Both the position numbers and the translations under genes were made by a program. 64,000 nt of DNA from Takakia lepidozioides (Eukaryota; Plantae; Bryophyta), in contig CM060733.1 of the NCBI GenBank assembly GCA_030704615.1, forward strand, positions 66,898,001-66,962,000, in the 5' to 3' direction. The notes under the pieces are model-generated. The model did not search any database and was not told the DNA's origin. It saw only the letters and a program-made list of their open reading frames with translations. This document shows, piece by piece, positions 1-11,316 of this stretch. Position 1 is the stretch's first letter; each line of letters begins with the position of its first letter.

Positions 1-551
1 AAACCTTTTCCCTTTTTAGATCCAGATGAACCCTACACATACCTAGGCATCCAACTAGTCCCATCGCTTACCTGGAACATCCAAAAGCAAACAACTCTCT
101 CCAAACTAAACAACAAGAGCCTAACCCTTCTCAAATCCCCCTTTTCCATTCGTCCCAAACTAGTTATCATCCAACAAGTCCTCCATCCACAAATCCAATA
201 CGCCTTTCATGCAGCCCCATTTTCCCTGCCTGACATTAGACAGCTGGACAAAAATATTGTCCAACTCACCAAACGTATACGTGGATTACCTACCAGTACC
301 CCCAACGTCCTCACTCAGCTCCCCCATGACAATTATTATGGCATAGGATCCACTCCTCTTATTATCTCATATGCCCGCATACTTGGTACACAACTCCTAG
401 AAGCCCTGAACGACCCGGGTCATCTAGGGCTCATTTTCCAAGGACTACTCAAGCACCTTGCCTCCAAATACAACGGGCTACACTCCCTCCCCACCCTCCA
501 CCCCCAATCCTGCCTCCACTCACCCACCGCCCGCACCCTCTTTCTCCTTCG
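1..551 (+). mobile_element. Non-LTR retrotransposon (LINE) RT C-terminal/thumb fragment, cut by the LTR-like unit at 552
   Basis: Frame +1 is open from base 1 (no ATG, so not in the ORF track): KPFPFLDPDEPYTYLGIQL...QLDKNIVQLTKRIRGLPTSTPNVLTQLPHDNYYGIG; YxYLG and LPxxxxGxG are typical of the end of LINE RTs. Confidence 0.75.
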
Positions 552-906
552 TGTCAAGTTAAATAAACACAGTGTGAAACTAACTAGAATAAATCTAGCT
601 ATTTGTATTTAACACTTGGAATTAGTTCAAGTGTTAAGTCAGGTATCAAGTTTAGCTTGACACCTAAACTATCTTATCTTCACGAGCTCGTCGGTCGTGC
701 GGCTCATCTCTCTCGAGTTGAGCCTGCACGACCGAGCTCCCTCGTTGCTTAGCATCTGAGTGTACTTATGGAGGGAGAGTAGGATGTTGTGGGATAGAGT
801 CCCCATAGCTTGGGGTGCCCCTGGCTCGACTCTTATTTTAACAAGTGATTGTGTTGTATTTCGTGTTTCTGTGTCATCAGACAGTGTGAGTTTAGTTTTC
901 ATATCA
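552..906 (+). repeat. Solo-LTR-like unit (~355 bp), copy 1
   Basis: Begins TGTCAAG, ends TATCA; a diverged reverse-complement copy lies at 2586-2942. No PBS follows and no clear TSD. Confidence 0.65.
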
Positions 907-2499
907 CTCGAGAGAGATCCTAGCTTGCATATGTGAGTGCCAATGTGAGTTTAGTATTAGCACTTGTGGTTTTTGTTTTGAAAGTGAGAGAAGAAAATTA
1001 TAGTCTGTAGATTATGGTTGTGACAAGCTGGAGACAGAAAAATGATTATCTGTGTTGAGGTAATCTTCAATTAGAAAGACGTCAAGTTTGGCCACTTGAA
1101 CGATGGTTAGAAAACGCGGTGAAACCTTCTACTGCCTAGCTTTGTCATCATTGTTGCCATCATAAGGCTGACTTCAGCTGCCAACGATGTGTTTGGCCGA
1201 CGACATTGGCACGACTGGTTTGTGAATGGAAACCACGGACAGCCGCTCTGACCATGGAGCTGCAAATCAGGTAATCTGTATTGAGTGAGGTTTCTGGGAA
1301 GCAGAACGATCGGAAAAATGCTCCTGGTTATGGTTTTGGTTAAAGGCCGAGTGAGAAGCAGTTGTTGCCATTGCTTTATGGGTTAGCATGACAGGGGCAA
1401 GAATGCCGAGAGAATGCAGGTGTGGCACATCGGATTGTGAGCGGATCATTTCAGAAGAATAAACACGGTACTGTTGGCTGAATAGTACGTCGAGCATGTC
1501 ACTCATGTGTACTGTGATAGGGCCTGTTTTTAATGGAGTCCTGAAGTTGAAGCTCAAACGCTCCCGAAGTCCCTCTTTTTCTGTGCTCGGGTTGATTTTT
1601 CGTGGTTGCCGATTTTTCCTTGCATGCTTTTGGTTTTTATAACACCATCACTGGGTTCGAGTATGACAAGTTCTACAACAGAGTTTCTTCACACTTGAGC
1701 ATATGTGCGGAGCTGCCTGGATGGTTTTCTTGCCTAGTCCACGACATCTGCTTTGCTGCTAGTATGCCAGAGCTGCATCGCAAAGATTACTGGGGCTGGA
1801 AAATAACCAATAACGTGTCGCTAGGTTGCCTGGAAAAGAAAGCTTGTAAATATGGGCCAGATCGTGACTTGGTAATATTCTCATTCTGATCTGCGGTCTC
1901 TTTCGCATCTCTATTGTATTCATGGGCTCAAATGTTGAGCGGTGTTGAATCTAGTGGTGTGAAGGTGGAGGAGTTCGATTACTTGGACGATGGGAGAGAT
2001 CAAGGCAACCAGAGTGTGGCCATCGTGGTTGTGGGTCTGATGCTGGCAGCCATGTGCATGATCAGCGCCTCATGAGTAGACTTTTACTATTATTATAGTG
2101 GATGGAATCCCAGTTGGACAGGTCAGCCTTAATTCCAATCGAATGGTTCCTTACCCAGCTAATAACTCGACCATCACAATTGAACACTGCTCTCCAGATC
2201 ATAGCCAACGCGACGCCAATGGGCTGTAGCGGCTACTTTGTGGCAAACACTCTGTGCATAGACAACCACTTCACACTTGGTGTCTGACACCGATACTGTT
2301 GAGTGATGAACTAACAAGTTGCCGAAGGAAGAAAGATGGGGCAGTCGCGGGTATGGAAATGCCACCAAGTAATGGCGGATGGAGTCATGGCCTGCATATG
2401 TGATTCGACATATTGAAATAGAAAATAGCTATTTGACTCACTTTGGAAGGTTGGAGAGGGACCTATACACTGTCAGAGTTCAGATTGTTGAGTGAAGGT

Positions 2500-2584
2500 T
2501 GTCGTGCGCATACGTATCGCTACACGACCACATCGCTGTCCAAACTACACCACACATATATGGACAATAAAGTAGTCTGCCACA
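2500..2584 (-). repeat. Second copy of the 85-bp LTR-like terminus of the DNMT-bearing Ty3 element
   Basis: Near-identical direct repeat of 2945-3029 (TGTCGTGCGC...TCTGCCACA). Confidence 0.75.
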
Positions 2585-2585
2585 A

Positions 2586-2942
2586 TGATAAGAAACTAAA
2601 AACACACTGTTGATACAAGAACATGAAATCCAACACCATCACTCATCACAATTTAAAATAGTAGTCAAGCCAGGGGCACCCCAAGCTATGGGGACTCCAC
2701 CCCACAACAACCTATGTTCCCTTCATAAGCACACTCAGATTCTAAGTAGTGAAGGAGCTCGGTCGTGCAGGCTCAACTCGAGAGAGATGAGTCGCACGAC
2801 TGACACTCTCGTGAAGATAAGATGGTTCAGGTGTCAAGCTAAACTTGACACCTAACTTAACACTTGAACTAAATCCAAGTGTTAAATACAAATAACTAGT
2901 TTTATTCTAGTTAGTTTCACACTGTGTTTATTTAACTTGACA
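2586..2942 (-). repeat. Solo-LTR-like unit (~357 bp), copy 2, inverted relative to 552-906
   Basis: Reverse complement starts TGTCAAGTTAAATAAACAC and ends TTATCA; ORFs 669..902(-) and 2610..2855(+) share translated text, confirming homology. Confidence 0.65.
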
Positions 2943-2944
2943 GC

Positions 2945-3044
2945 TGTCGTGCGCATACGTATTGCTACACAACTACATCGTTGTCCAAACTACACCACAC
3001 ATATATGGACAATAAAGTAGTCTGCCACAATCGCCTCCCTAGCT
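2945..3044 (-). repeat. Putative 85-bp 3' LTR (2945-3029) with polypurine tract (3030-3044)
   Basis: Minus strand reads AGCTAGGGAGGCGAT|TGTGGCAG...GCACGACA, about 260 bp after the pol stop. Confidence 0.65.
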
Positions 3045-3289
3045 GGTGGATAGGTCCCTCTAACTCCAGATAGCTACAAGATGTAATAGCCACAGCTGTA
3101 CTAAGTCCTCTATCACTGTCCCTATTGTACTCAAATTCTATAGACCAAGAGGCCGGGTACAAGAGTAGCCCCATCGTTAGTCGCCGTCTTGCAATCTGTG
3201 AACTTGAGCCAGGATCTCGGGTGTTCAAGGTCTCCTAGTAGCTTGGCCTTGCATTTCTTGTTAGCCTTCCATGGTTGTATCCACTCCCA

Positions 3290-6200
3290 CTATCCAATGC
3301 AATGCGGACATAACCAATCCCCATCAGGAACCATCTCAAGAGGTGGAGTCAAGCATCCCATATGCCAACCTCTAGAGCATTGATCACACACCAGCATGGT
3401 GGCTGCCCTTCTAGCAGACCCACACAACATGCACCTCAAACTTGCAGGTACCACTACCAAGTTTGGGTCAACCCTTCCATCAACATTTGGAAGGTGACAT
3501 GGCGCGCAATTACGCACATGGTCCTTCCAAATCATGCCATCCCGACCCTCCAAGATCAGGACTCCTGAGGGCAACACCTCTCGAACCCTCAAAATAGTAC
3601 GTCCTGCAGTCACATCCAAGGTCGTAGGAGCAGTTTGCTGCAAATAAACATAGTCACCAGGGTTAAATCTCCGAACCCCATGATGATAGTCCCCACCACG
3701 TATGGTAGCATACCTCAACGTATCACGATGTTGTGCAATGGCAAGGTTCTCGAAAGCCATGGGCATGACTTTCTTGAACAACTCTGCACGCTGATCACAT
3801 GCACGTGCCCACATGTCCGGATCGTCAAGGTTGAGAACTGTAGCAGCTTCTCTACGAATGGATGCAGGCAAATCCGGCTCTCGGCCAAAGAGAAGAAAGT
3901 ATGGTGAGAAGGAGGCAAGTGATGATTGCTTGCTGAACCTGTAGCCCATGGCTAACCAAGGTAACTGAAGGTCCCAATCTCGTAGGTGTCCCTTCTGCAA
4001 GCCATACTTGCGCAAACCCCTCTTCACTGTCTGAACAACCCTCTCTGCCAAGCCATCGTCCTCAGGATGATCCCGAGAAGTGGTGCGGTGGTCTACCAAG
4101 GCCTTGTCACACAACGCCTGAAACTCCCCCAAGAACTCTCTCCCTTGGTCCGTGAGTACCTCAGCTGGAGCACCAAATCGGCTAAGTACACAATCCAAGA
4201 ATGCATACGCAGCTCCCTCACTAACCTTATCAGGCAATGGAACCAACTTGATCCACTTGGAGAAGTGCTCCACCATCACCAACACGTACTTGTTGTGACG
4301 CATGGTCAGTGGCAATGGCCCTGCGAAGTCAAGACTCCACTTGTAGCCCAATCCCATGATCGGAAGAGGGTGCAATTGTGGAGTAGGGGCGTTGAATAAA
4401 GCACTCACCCTGTCACACATCATGCACCTAGCCACAAATTGTTGCACCTCTGTGTGCATACCACGCCACCAATACTGCCCCTGCAGTAGACTATGAGTGC
4501 GTCGCACCCCAAAATGCCCCAACTCATCATGGGCATGCCGCACTAACCGTGCCCGCTGTGTTGGGTGAGGCACAATCCTCACTCGACCATCCTCCCACAC
4601 TCGGAGCAGGTGTGTCCCCTCCCACTTGAACCTCTTGGCTTGTTGTAGGATCCGATCCCTCTCCTTGGCAGTCATAGTGGTTGTCGTGTCTTCAGTGCGG
4701 AGGTAGTCCAACACAGCTGAATCCTCATGTATATCTTTGGCGCCACCTTGCTCATTGCTGGCCTCAGGGTCCTCAGACACTTGATCTATAGTCATCCCTA
4801 TTGCAGGTCCAACCTGGCCTTCTGCCAAGATACACAGAAATGCAGATGCATGCCATCCGGGCACCATCTCCTCGTCCGTCTCACCATGCCACCGAGCTCC
4901 AGTGTCATCCTGCTGGCTCGTGCATGGATTGCGACTCAACCCATCTGCATCTCGATTGACCAAACCCGGTCGATGCACAACCTGAAAGTCATACTCTTGA
5001 AGGATGAGTGCCCACCGTGCAAGCTTCCCTGTAAGCTTGTCTGACTCCATCAACCACTTGAGTGGTTGGTGATCCGTGACAAGGGTGAAGAGGTTGCCGT
5101 ATAGATAACACCTGAAGTGTGCCACGGCCCATACTGCAGCTAAGCATTCTCCCTCATATGAGCTATACTTAGACTCTGCAGCGTTGTTCGAGCGGCTAGC
5201 ATAAGCCACTACGAACTCTCTTCCCTCATCATCCACATATGTGAGCACCGCTCCAAGCCCCAGCATGCTCCAATCTGTATGCAGCTGAAAAGGACGCCCC
5301 CTGATAGGTCGTCTCAAGATGGGCGCCGAGGTCAACCTCGCCTTGAGCTCTTGAAAAGCTTGTTCTTGCTCATCTTCCCACTGCCACTCCTGGTCCACCT
5401 TGGTCAGTTTGGTTAGAGCCTTTGCAATGGCACTAAATCCCTTAACAAACCGTCTATAATAGTTTGCTAACCCCATGAAAGCTTGATCTCGGCTCACATC
5501 CGTGGGGCGTGGAATCTGTGCAATGGACTCTACCTTAGTCTGCTGTATCCGCAATCCTCCAGAATATATCATGTGACCCAGATACTCAATTTGGTTGTGG
5601 AAAAACTTGCACTTCCCCGGATGTAACTTCAATCCGTGTGCCCTCAAGCGCTCAAATATCACCTGAAGGTGTCTCTCATGCTCCTTCACCGTAGCATTAA
5701 AGATGATGATGTCATCTATGTAGCACCGAGCAAACTCCACCCCTGCTAGAATCCTGTCCATGACTCTCTGAAACTCTGCCGGAGCGTTCTTAAGCCCAAA
5801 TGGTAAGAACCGCCACTGGTATAGGCAATCCTTCCCGTGCTCATTGATCCCCCAGAATGTCGTCTTCTACTTATCCGCCTCCTTGATCGGCAACTGGTGA
5901 TATCCAGATCGTAAATCCAAAGTGCTAAAGACCTTGGCAAGCCCAATGGCATCAAAGATCTCCTCTGGTGTCGGCATGGCATACCTATCGGACTTGGTCT
6001 GACGATTTACAGGCCGGTAATCACCGCACATACGTCTCTCCGTCCAATTGCCATAGACATCCTTCTTGGCTGGCATCACTGTGGCTGAAGCACACTCTCC
6101 CCCAGATAGCTCCACCAAACCAGCCTCCCAAAGGTCCTGAGTTCTCATCTGAATCAAGGATCTCTCCATGTCACTGTATCTATAGGGTCTCCGAAAGATT

Positions 6201-6330
6201 GGCATGTTAGTAGCCAATTCAATGCAAATCTCTTGACCCTTCAGTGCTCCTAAGTCCTTCAAACTGAAGGCAAAGCAGTTCCTGTAAGCCCTCAAGAACC
6301 GCTGTATACGTCGTCTTTCTCCTCCGGTGA
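3290..6330 (-). pseudogene. pol: Ty3/gypsy RT, RNase H, integrase and C-terminal PHD finger
   Basis: ORFs 5867..6718 and 3290..5761 are in one frame separated by a single stop (EADK*KTTFWG); RMCGDYR, LDLRSGYHQ, YIDD present; terminal C4HC3 PHD CMLC...CDQCSRGWHMGC...WLCPHC. Confidence 0.95.
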
Positions 6331-6679
6331 CTATAGGTCCAACATCAGGCTCCCAGTTGTCCTCCGTGACTGCAACCTCTTGAGCAGTGACCACTGCCTC
6401 CTTTGTCAGTGACAATGTCTCATCCTGCCCCATCATCCCATCCTTGAGGACCTCCTCAACCCGAGAAAAATCCCCAACCTGATCCATCACCGCCGCCTTG
6501 GCTGCCAACTCCTTCTGAACCTCGAGCACCTCCCACGTGTGCCATGGATGCGGCCTGCACCTCGTGGTCCTCACCTGTTTGCCCCCACTCGCTGCCTGTA
6601 CCGTCTCGGTAGGCAGGGAGACCATCAAGGGAAGTGTACTCCGTACTCGACGCTGCTCAGCCATAGCCAAGCTGATAAT

Positions 6680-7620
6680 CCAGATCAAGCAATTGAGATC
6701 CATTGTTTGCCCCAACACCTGACGACGTGATGCTCAGAAAGAGATGGCACCGCCGTGGTACAGTGGTAAAACTCATCGCCCGCTCGCGCTCGTCAGCATT
6801 GGGCTCCACTAATTGGTGCAACTGGCTATCCCACAAGAGACCAGGTCCACCATCCCGAAAAGCATGGGATCCTGGAAAACTGAGCAGTGTAGGCAATGCG
6901 GCTCGTGGGTGAGCCACCTTATTGAACACTGCCAAAGGTGATCGGTCATCGTGTCTCACACGCTGAGACTGTCTCCCTATGTCCAAAATGCTATCCACCG
7001 TCAGGTTTGGTGGCCGCTGCACCCCCATCAAATGCACGCTTGAGCAGTGCAGGTGGCATCAAGTTGGTCCACCATAGTCGTGGGCGATGAGCCCGTGACC
7101 CCACTGCAGCTGCATCCAGCAACACTGCTAACCCAAGCCAAGACCGCACTTGATACACACTGGCCATTACCTTGGCCCGAGAATCACCCATCAATGGCAC
7201 ATTCTCCAAAATATATGCTGGAGAGTCTGTCTGCTGAAGTTGTAAATAGCGTAGGACCCTCAACATTTCCCAAAACAGGCATGACCTTGAGTCGTGTAAC
7301 CCATTGCCATGCCCAGCTGATGAATGCCCTTGGCAGGGCCAACCTGCCACTACCAAGTGAATAGGGTCAACCCGTTCCAAACCATGCGCCCCCAGCAAAG
7401 AGATGTCTGCTAGCAATGCTTGTTGGTATTCACGAACTGTAGACACTGGCAACAAATCAGGGTTCTGCTACACCAATTGAGCAACATGGCATAGTGAGAC
7501 GCGTCGTACAGTCTCATCCCTCTCCACATACAAGTAACGTCAGACTCGTACATCTGCCTGCAGCACTGCAGCCAATCCAGTGCTGATCCCGCCAAACAAG
7601 TCCAGAAGGCATATGCCTTC
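6680..7620 (-). pseudogene. C5 cytosine DNA methyltransferase catalytic domain embedded in pol (2 stops, 2 frameshifts)
   Basis: Motifs in canonical order: I LLDLFGG, II YLYVERD, III ADI, IV VVAGWPCQG, VI YILENV, VIII AHRPRLWWTN, TRD PTL, IX ERERAM, X LGQTMD. Confidence 0.92.
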
Positions 7621-7949
7621 ATCCGGGCACTGCCACACAAGAGGTGTGGTGTCCAATGGCGACAACTGAGGTGGTCCTGGTGCAATCACCGCACTCTCAT
7701 CCTCTCCTGACGGTATGAAGGCCTCTACCCAGGCTTGTTGCACCTGTCTATCAGTAGCCTGCTGCAAATCCTTGCTCGTACCCCACAATGGAGTGTGAGC
7801 AACCATGACAGGCAACTCCGCCGTACCATGCATGTCATCCTGCTCTACTGGAGGTGGCACATCCTCTGCATGGGCATTGCCTTTCAGCAACTCTCCAGGC
7901 CAACTAACTGCAGCTGTGAAGGCTGTTAGTATTGGCATCTTGCCCCGCT

Positions 7950-8420
7950 GGGCAGCAGCAACACCCCCAATGAATGTCACAGGGAGTTGTACACGACGAC
8001 CATCCCCTGACTGCCATCCAGCCCTGTAGGATGCTGACTCCTCCCAAGAATCCAGGGTGAAGCCCATGGGATATAACACTGCCCCACCAACGAGGACATC
8101 ATAAGAGACCGCATCTGTCACAATGGCCTTGGTTCGCATCACTGAGCCATCTATAGGATGATCCGGCTATAGTCTAATGGCCAACTCACGCCGTGTCATG
8201 CCCCGAGCCTGCTCTGATCCTCCCAGAGATGTCTGTATCTGGAAAGGACAAGGCTCCATATCCGCCTCCATGAGGCCCAAACCTGCAATAGCAGCTATGC
8301 CCAACATCAGTGGCTGAGCTCCCGAGTCCAACAAGACCCGCAGTGGCCGGTACCTCTTGCCTGCCGGTCCACTCAAAGAAAAAATGTCATCCTGGTTGTC
8401 TAACAAGACAACTCTAGGTG
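7950..8420 (-). pseudogene. Retroviral-type aspartic protease
   Basis: RVLLDSGAQPLML...YDVLVGGAVL, in frame with the DNMT across one TAG at 8167-8169. Confidence 0.85.
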
Positions 8421-8699
8421 ACACCATGGCGCGCTCAAAGGCTGGCCTAGCTGACAGTTCTGTCAACCTGACAACTGTAGCTTGCCATGGCGCAGCCGTG
8501 GCAGTCTTGACCCTCAAATCCAAGGATCCCTCTACCACTATACCTTCCACTAACTCCGCAGAAGATGAAGTGACCTCCCCACTCTCGCAGAGTGTTGCTG
8601 CTAGTCTGAATACTGCAGCTGGTCTTACCCCCGGCGTCGCGATCATGGTTGCCGAGAATAGTGGGGCTTGACACACAGAGGTGGCTGCCCCCAACAACA

Positions 8700-9710
8700 C
8701 ACTGGCTGCAATTGCAGATCTGACCCACACTGTAAAGGGCTGCAGCTCCTCCATTGTTGTGGGGTACTCCACCGGGGATCTGCGCCTACGACCGCCCCTC
8801 CGCCATGCTTTTGCAAATGCACTCCGTTCCGTTTTCAGGCGGACCTTCTCCGCTGCGTACTTTCTGGCAGAAACCAAATAGAAGCTGCAACTCAGTCCCC
8901 CTGACCAACACCGTGCTGTACATGCATGCCACATGCAGAGTGTATGTCCTTTCAAGCACACTGTAGTGATGCAGCCTACTTCATAATCATTTGCAAGCAA
9001 CAACCAAGATCTACGAAACACCCTCTGTAGTCGTCTGAAGCACCTTGTTAGTACACGATCCCACTCCCATAGTGGCCGGAATGACTTGTGACAATATATA
9101 TGTAATTCCAGCATACAAAGACCATTAAGAATATCACAGGAGGGATGTAAGTTGGCACCCACTGTCTCCATGGTGTCATGGTTGTTGTGTTGTTCAGCAC
9201 ATAATCATGTGCCACATCCCGAAGGCGCGGGCTCATGGCACGCTTTGTTCCACCACCTTCTAGGACCTCGCCTACAACTCCTTCTTCCTCGTTCTCGTCC
9301 CACACCCGTCGTTGTATTGCATCAAATGAAGACATATACTCCGTCATGAAGCCCCGGGCTTCGTCGCGGATGTAGCCCTCCGCCATACTCCCCTCTGGCC
9401 GTGTCAAGTTGCGTACATACCCCTTCAGATCCTTCATGTACCTCTCCATGGGGTACATCCACCGGCTGGCTACGGGCCCACACACATGCAACTCCTCTAC
9501 AAGATGCACTAGCAAGTGCATCATGACGTCAAAGAATGATGGAGGGAATTCTTTCTCCAGCAAACATAGGGTCATAGCCACATCCTCATGCAACGATGTA
9601 ATGTCCCTCGGATCCCACACCTTCGCACAAATCTTCCTAAACACTCGACTTACACGCATTATGGCTGTTCGAGGACCTGGCGCCATCGTACCCCGAATGC
9701 ACACTGGGGT
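8700..9710 (-). mobile_element. CACTA/En-Spm transposase (TnpD-like, DUF4218 region) fragment
   Basis: ORF 9048..9704: LCLLEKEFPPSFFDVMMHLLVHL...GPVASRWMYPMERYM..LKGYVRN..RPEGSMAEGY; probable intron and further exon to ~8700. Confidence 0.88.
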
Positions 9711-9745
9711 AAGCTCGAGCTTACCGAAGTGAGGTGCGCGACACT

Positions 9746-9757
9746 TGGTATCAAAGC
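9746..9757 (+). promoter_or_regulatory. Primer-binding site, tRNA-iMet type
   Basis: TGGTATCAAAGC two bases after the LTR end; one mismatch to TGGTATCAGAGC. Confidence 0.85.
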
Positions 9758-9872
9758 TTAGAGTTCAGTATGCGATCGTCTTTGGGATTGGCCTCATCAT
9801 GGGTCGGGCAAGCCAAAGCGAAAGCGGAACAGCCCAAAAGATGATGATCCTGGTGAGCCCGATGGGGGCGAC

Positions 9873-11316
9873 GTGTCACCGAGGCGGCCGTTTGAGGAAG
9901 CGATGCATGTTTCCGAAAACGAGGCCGCTCAAGAGCAGGAGGAATCTGAGGAGTCGGAGCCTGAGGAATCCCTGAGAGCTCCGACCGACCAACAGATGCC
10001 TCCCATGCCGGCAGCCTTTTGGAGAGGGTTGTTGGCGCAATTTGGCGGAACGTTGAAAGACGTGTTGAAGGCGGCTAATGCCACTTCCAATAAGGCAAAG
10101 TTTAAGGTGAAGCCTAAGGAACCCGACACCTTTGAGGGCGTCCAAAATCGGAAGGCACTCAACACCTGGCTCTTGGAGCTAGAGCAGTACTTCCGGGCGG
10201 CCAAGTTGAGTGACGAGGATCGGGTGGAAGTGGCTCCCACCTATTTGAGGGGCTATGCTCAACAATGGTGGCAAAAACGGCTTCACGACCGAGGTCCAAG
10301 CCCGGAAACCTTGAACTGGAGTGGGTTCAAGGAATTGATGAAGAGGCAGTTTGTGCCTCTCAACACGTCCTGGGTCGCCCGGGACAAGATGAGGAATTTG
10401 AGGCAAACAAATGACATTCGGGGATATGTCCAGGCTTTCAATGTGCTGTTGCTCGAAGTCGCGGACATGGCAGAACCAGAAATGGTCTTCAACTTTGTGG
10501 CGAGACTGGCCCCATGGGCCAGGCGGAAGTTGGAGGAGAAGCCACCTAAGCCTTTGAACGAGGCAATTGAGAGGGCTGACTGTTTCTCGGATGTCCCTAA
10601 GTGTGAAAGACAAGGCCGTACGGAGCTGAACCACAAGAAGACCCGGTGGGAAGGTGACTCCTTCCGACCGGAAAAGAAGTGGGATAGGCCACGCGGCGAC
10701 AATGGCACGTAGAAATCAAAGGGAGGGCCTTCACAAGTCAAGGCGGCACCCGGTGCTTCGAAAGGAAAAGCGGGTGGAGCGGCTTATGGCGGACAGAAGG
10801 CGACCTTTGATGGAGTGTTCCAATTGCGGGGAGCCCGGGCACATGGCCAAGAAGTGCACGAAGCCCCGGCAATTGAACATGACTCGGGCGACCACAGAGC
10901 TATCGGAAGATACCATCAGTCGCTTGGTGGAAGCGGTGGTCGCCAGGACTTGCAAGGTAGGCAAATTTTCTTGTGAGTTGTATCAGGAAACTGGCGCCTT
11001 ACGTAAAGGGAGTCAGTTATTGTTCGTGGATGGGATAATATCCGGAACTAACGTGTCATTGTTGGTGGACACAGGAGCGTCGCACTCCTTCATGACACCG
11101 GCAACAGCACAAAAGTTGGGACTCCCGACAAGTGACGTGGGGGCCTCTATTGAGGTGCGTTCTGCCAAAAGAGAACCGCAATTGGCGACAAGGTTGGCGT
11201 TTGATGTTCCTCTTCAACTGGGGAGTTGGGAGGGACGTGAGAACTTCACCATTTGCGAGATCGATGGAGTGGATCTCATTTTGGGGATGACCTTAGCAAA
11301 TCCGGAGCGGTCATAG
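9873..11316 (+). pseudogene. gag: Chromovirus gag, CCHC knuckle and protease (frameshifted)
   Basis: EPDTFEG...WLLELEQYF...YLRGYAQQWW; CSNCGEPGHMAKKC; LLVDTGASHSF. Confidence 0.9.

Larger units (their letters stand above)
2945..8700 (-). mobile_element. 5'-truncated Ty3/gypsy LTR retrotransposon with pol order PR-DNMT-RT-RH-INT-PHD
   Basis: Collinear minus-strand domains: LLDSGA protease, C5-MTase motifs, RT (CYIDD), RNase H (TDWS..GLGAVL), integrase (HxxxGH..CxxC, D,D,E), PHD; PPT and TG..CA repeat at the 3' end. No gag or 5' LTR visible. Confidence 0.92.

Noticed and set aside
907-2499. Short ORFs between the inverted LTR-like units
   Set aside because: No recognisable domains or consistent exon structure.
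552-2942. Single DNA transposon with 355-bp TIRs
   Set aside because: No TSD, copies are noticeably diverged, each unit has its own TG..CA ends, and a foreign LTR copy lies inside.
8167-9171. 334-aa ORF as one gene
   Set aside because: It reads through CACTA intron/exon sequence into Ty3 protease across a truncation junction near 8700.
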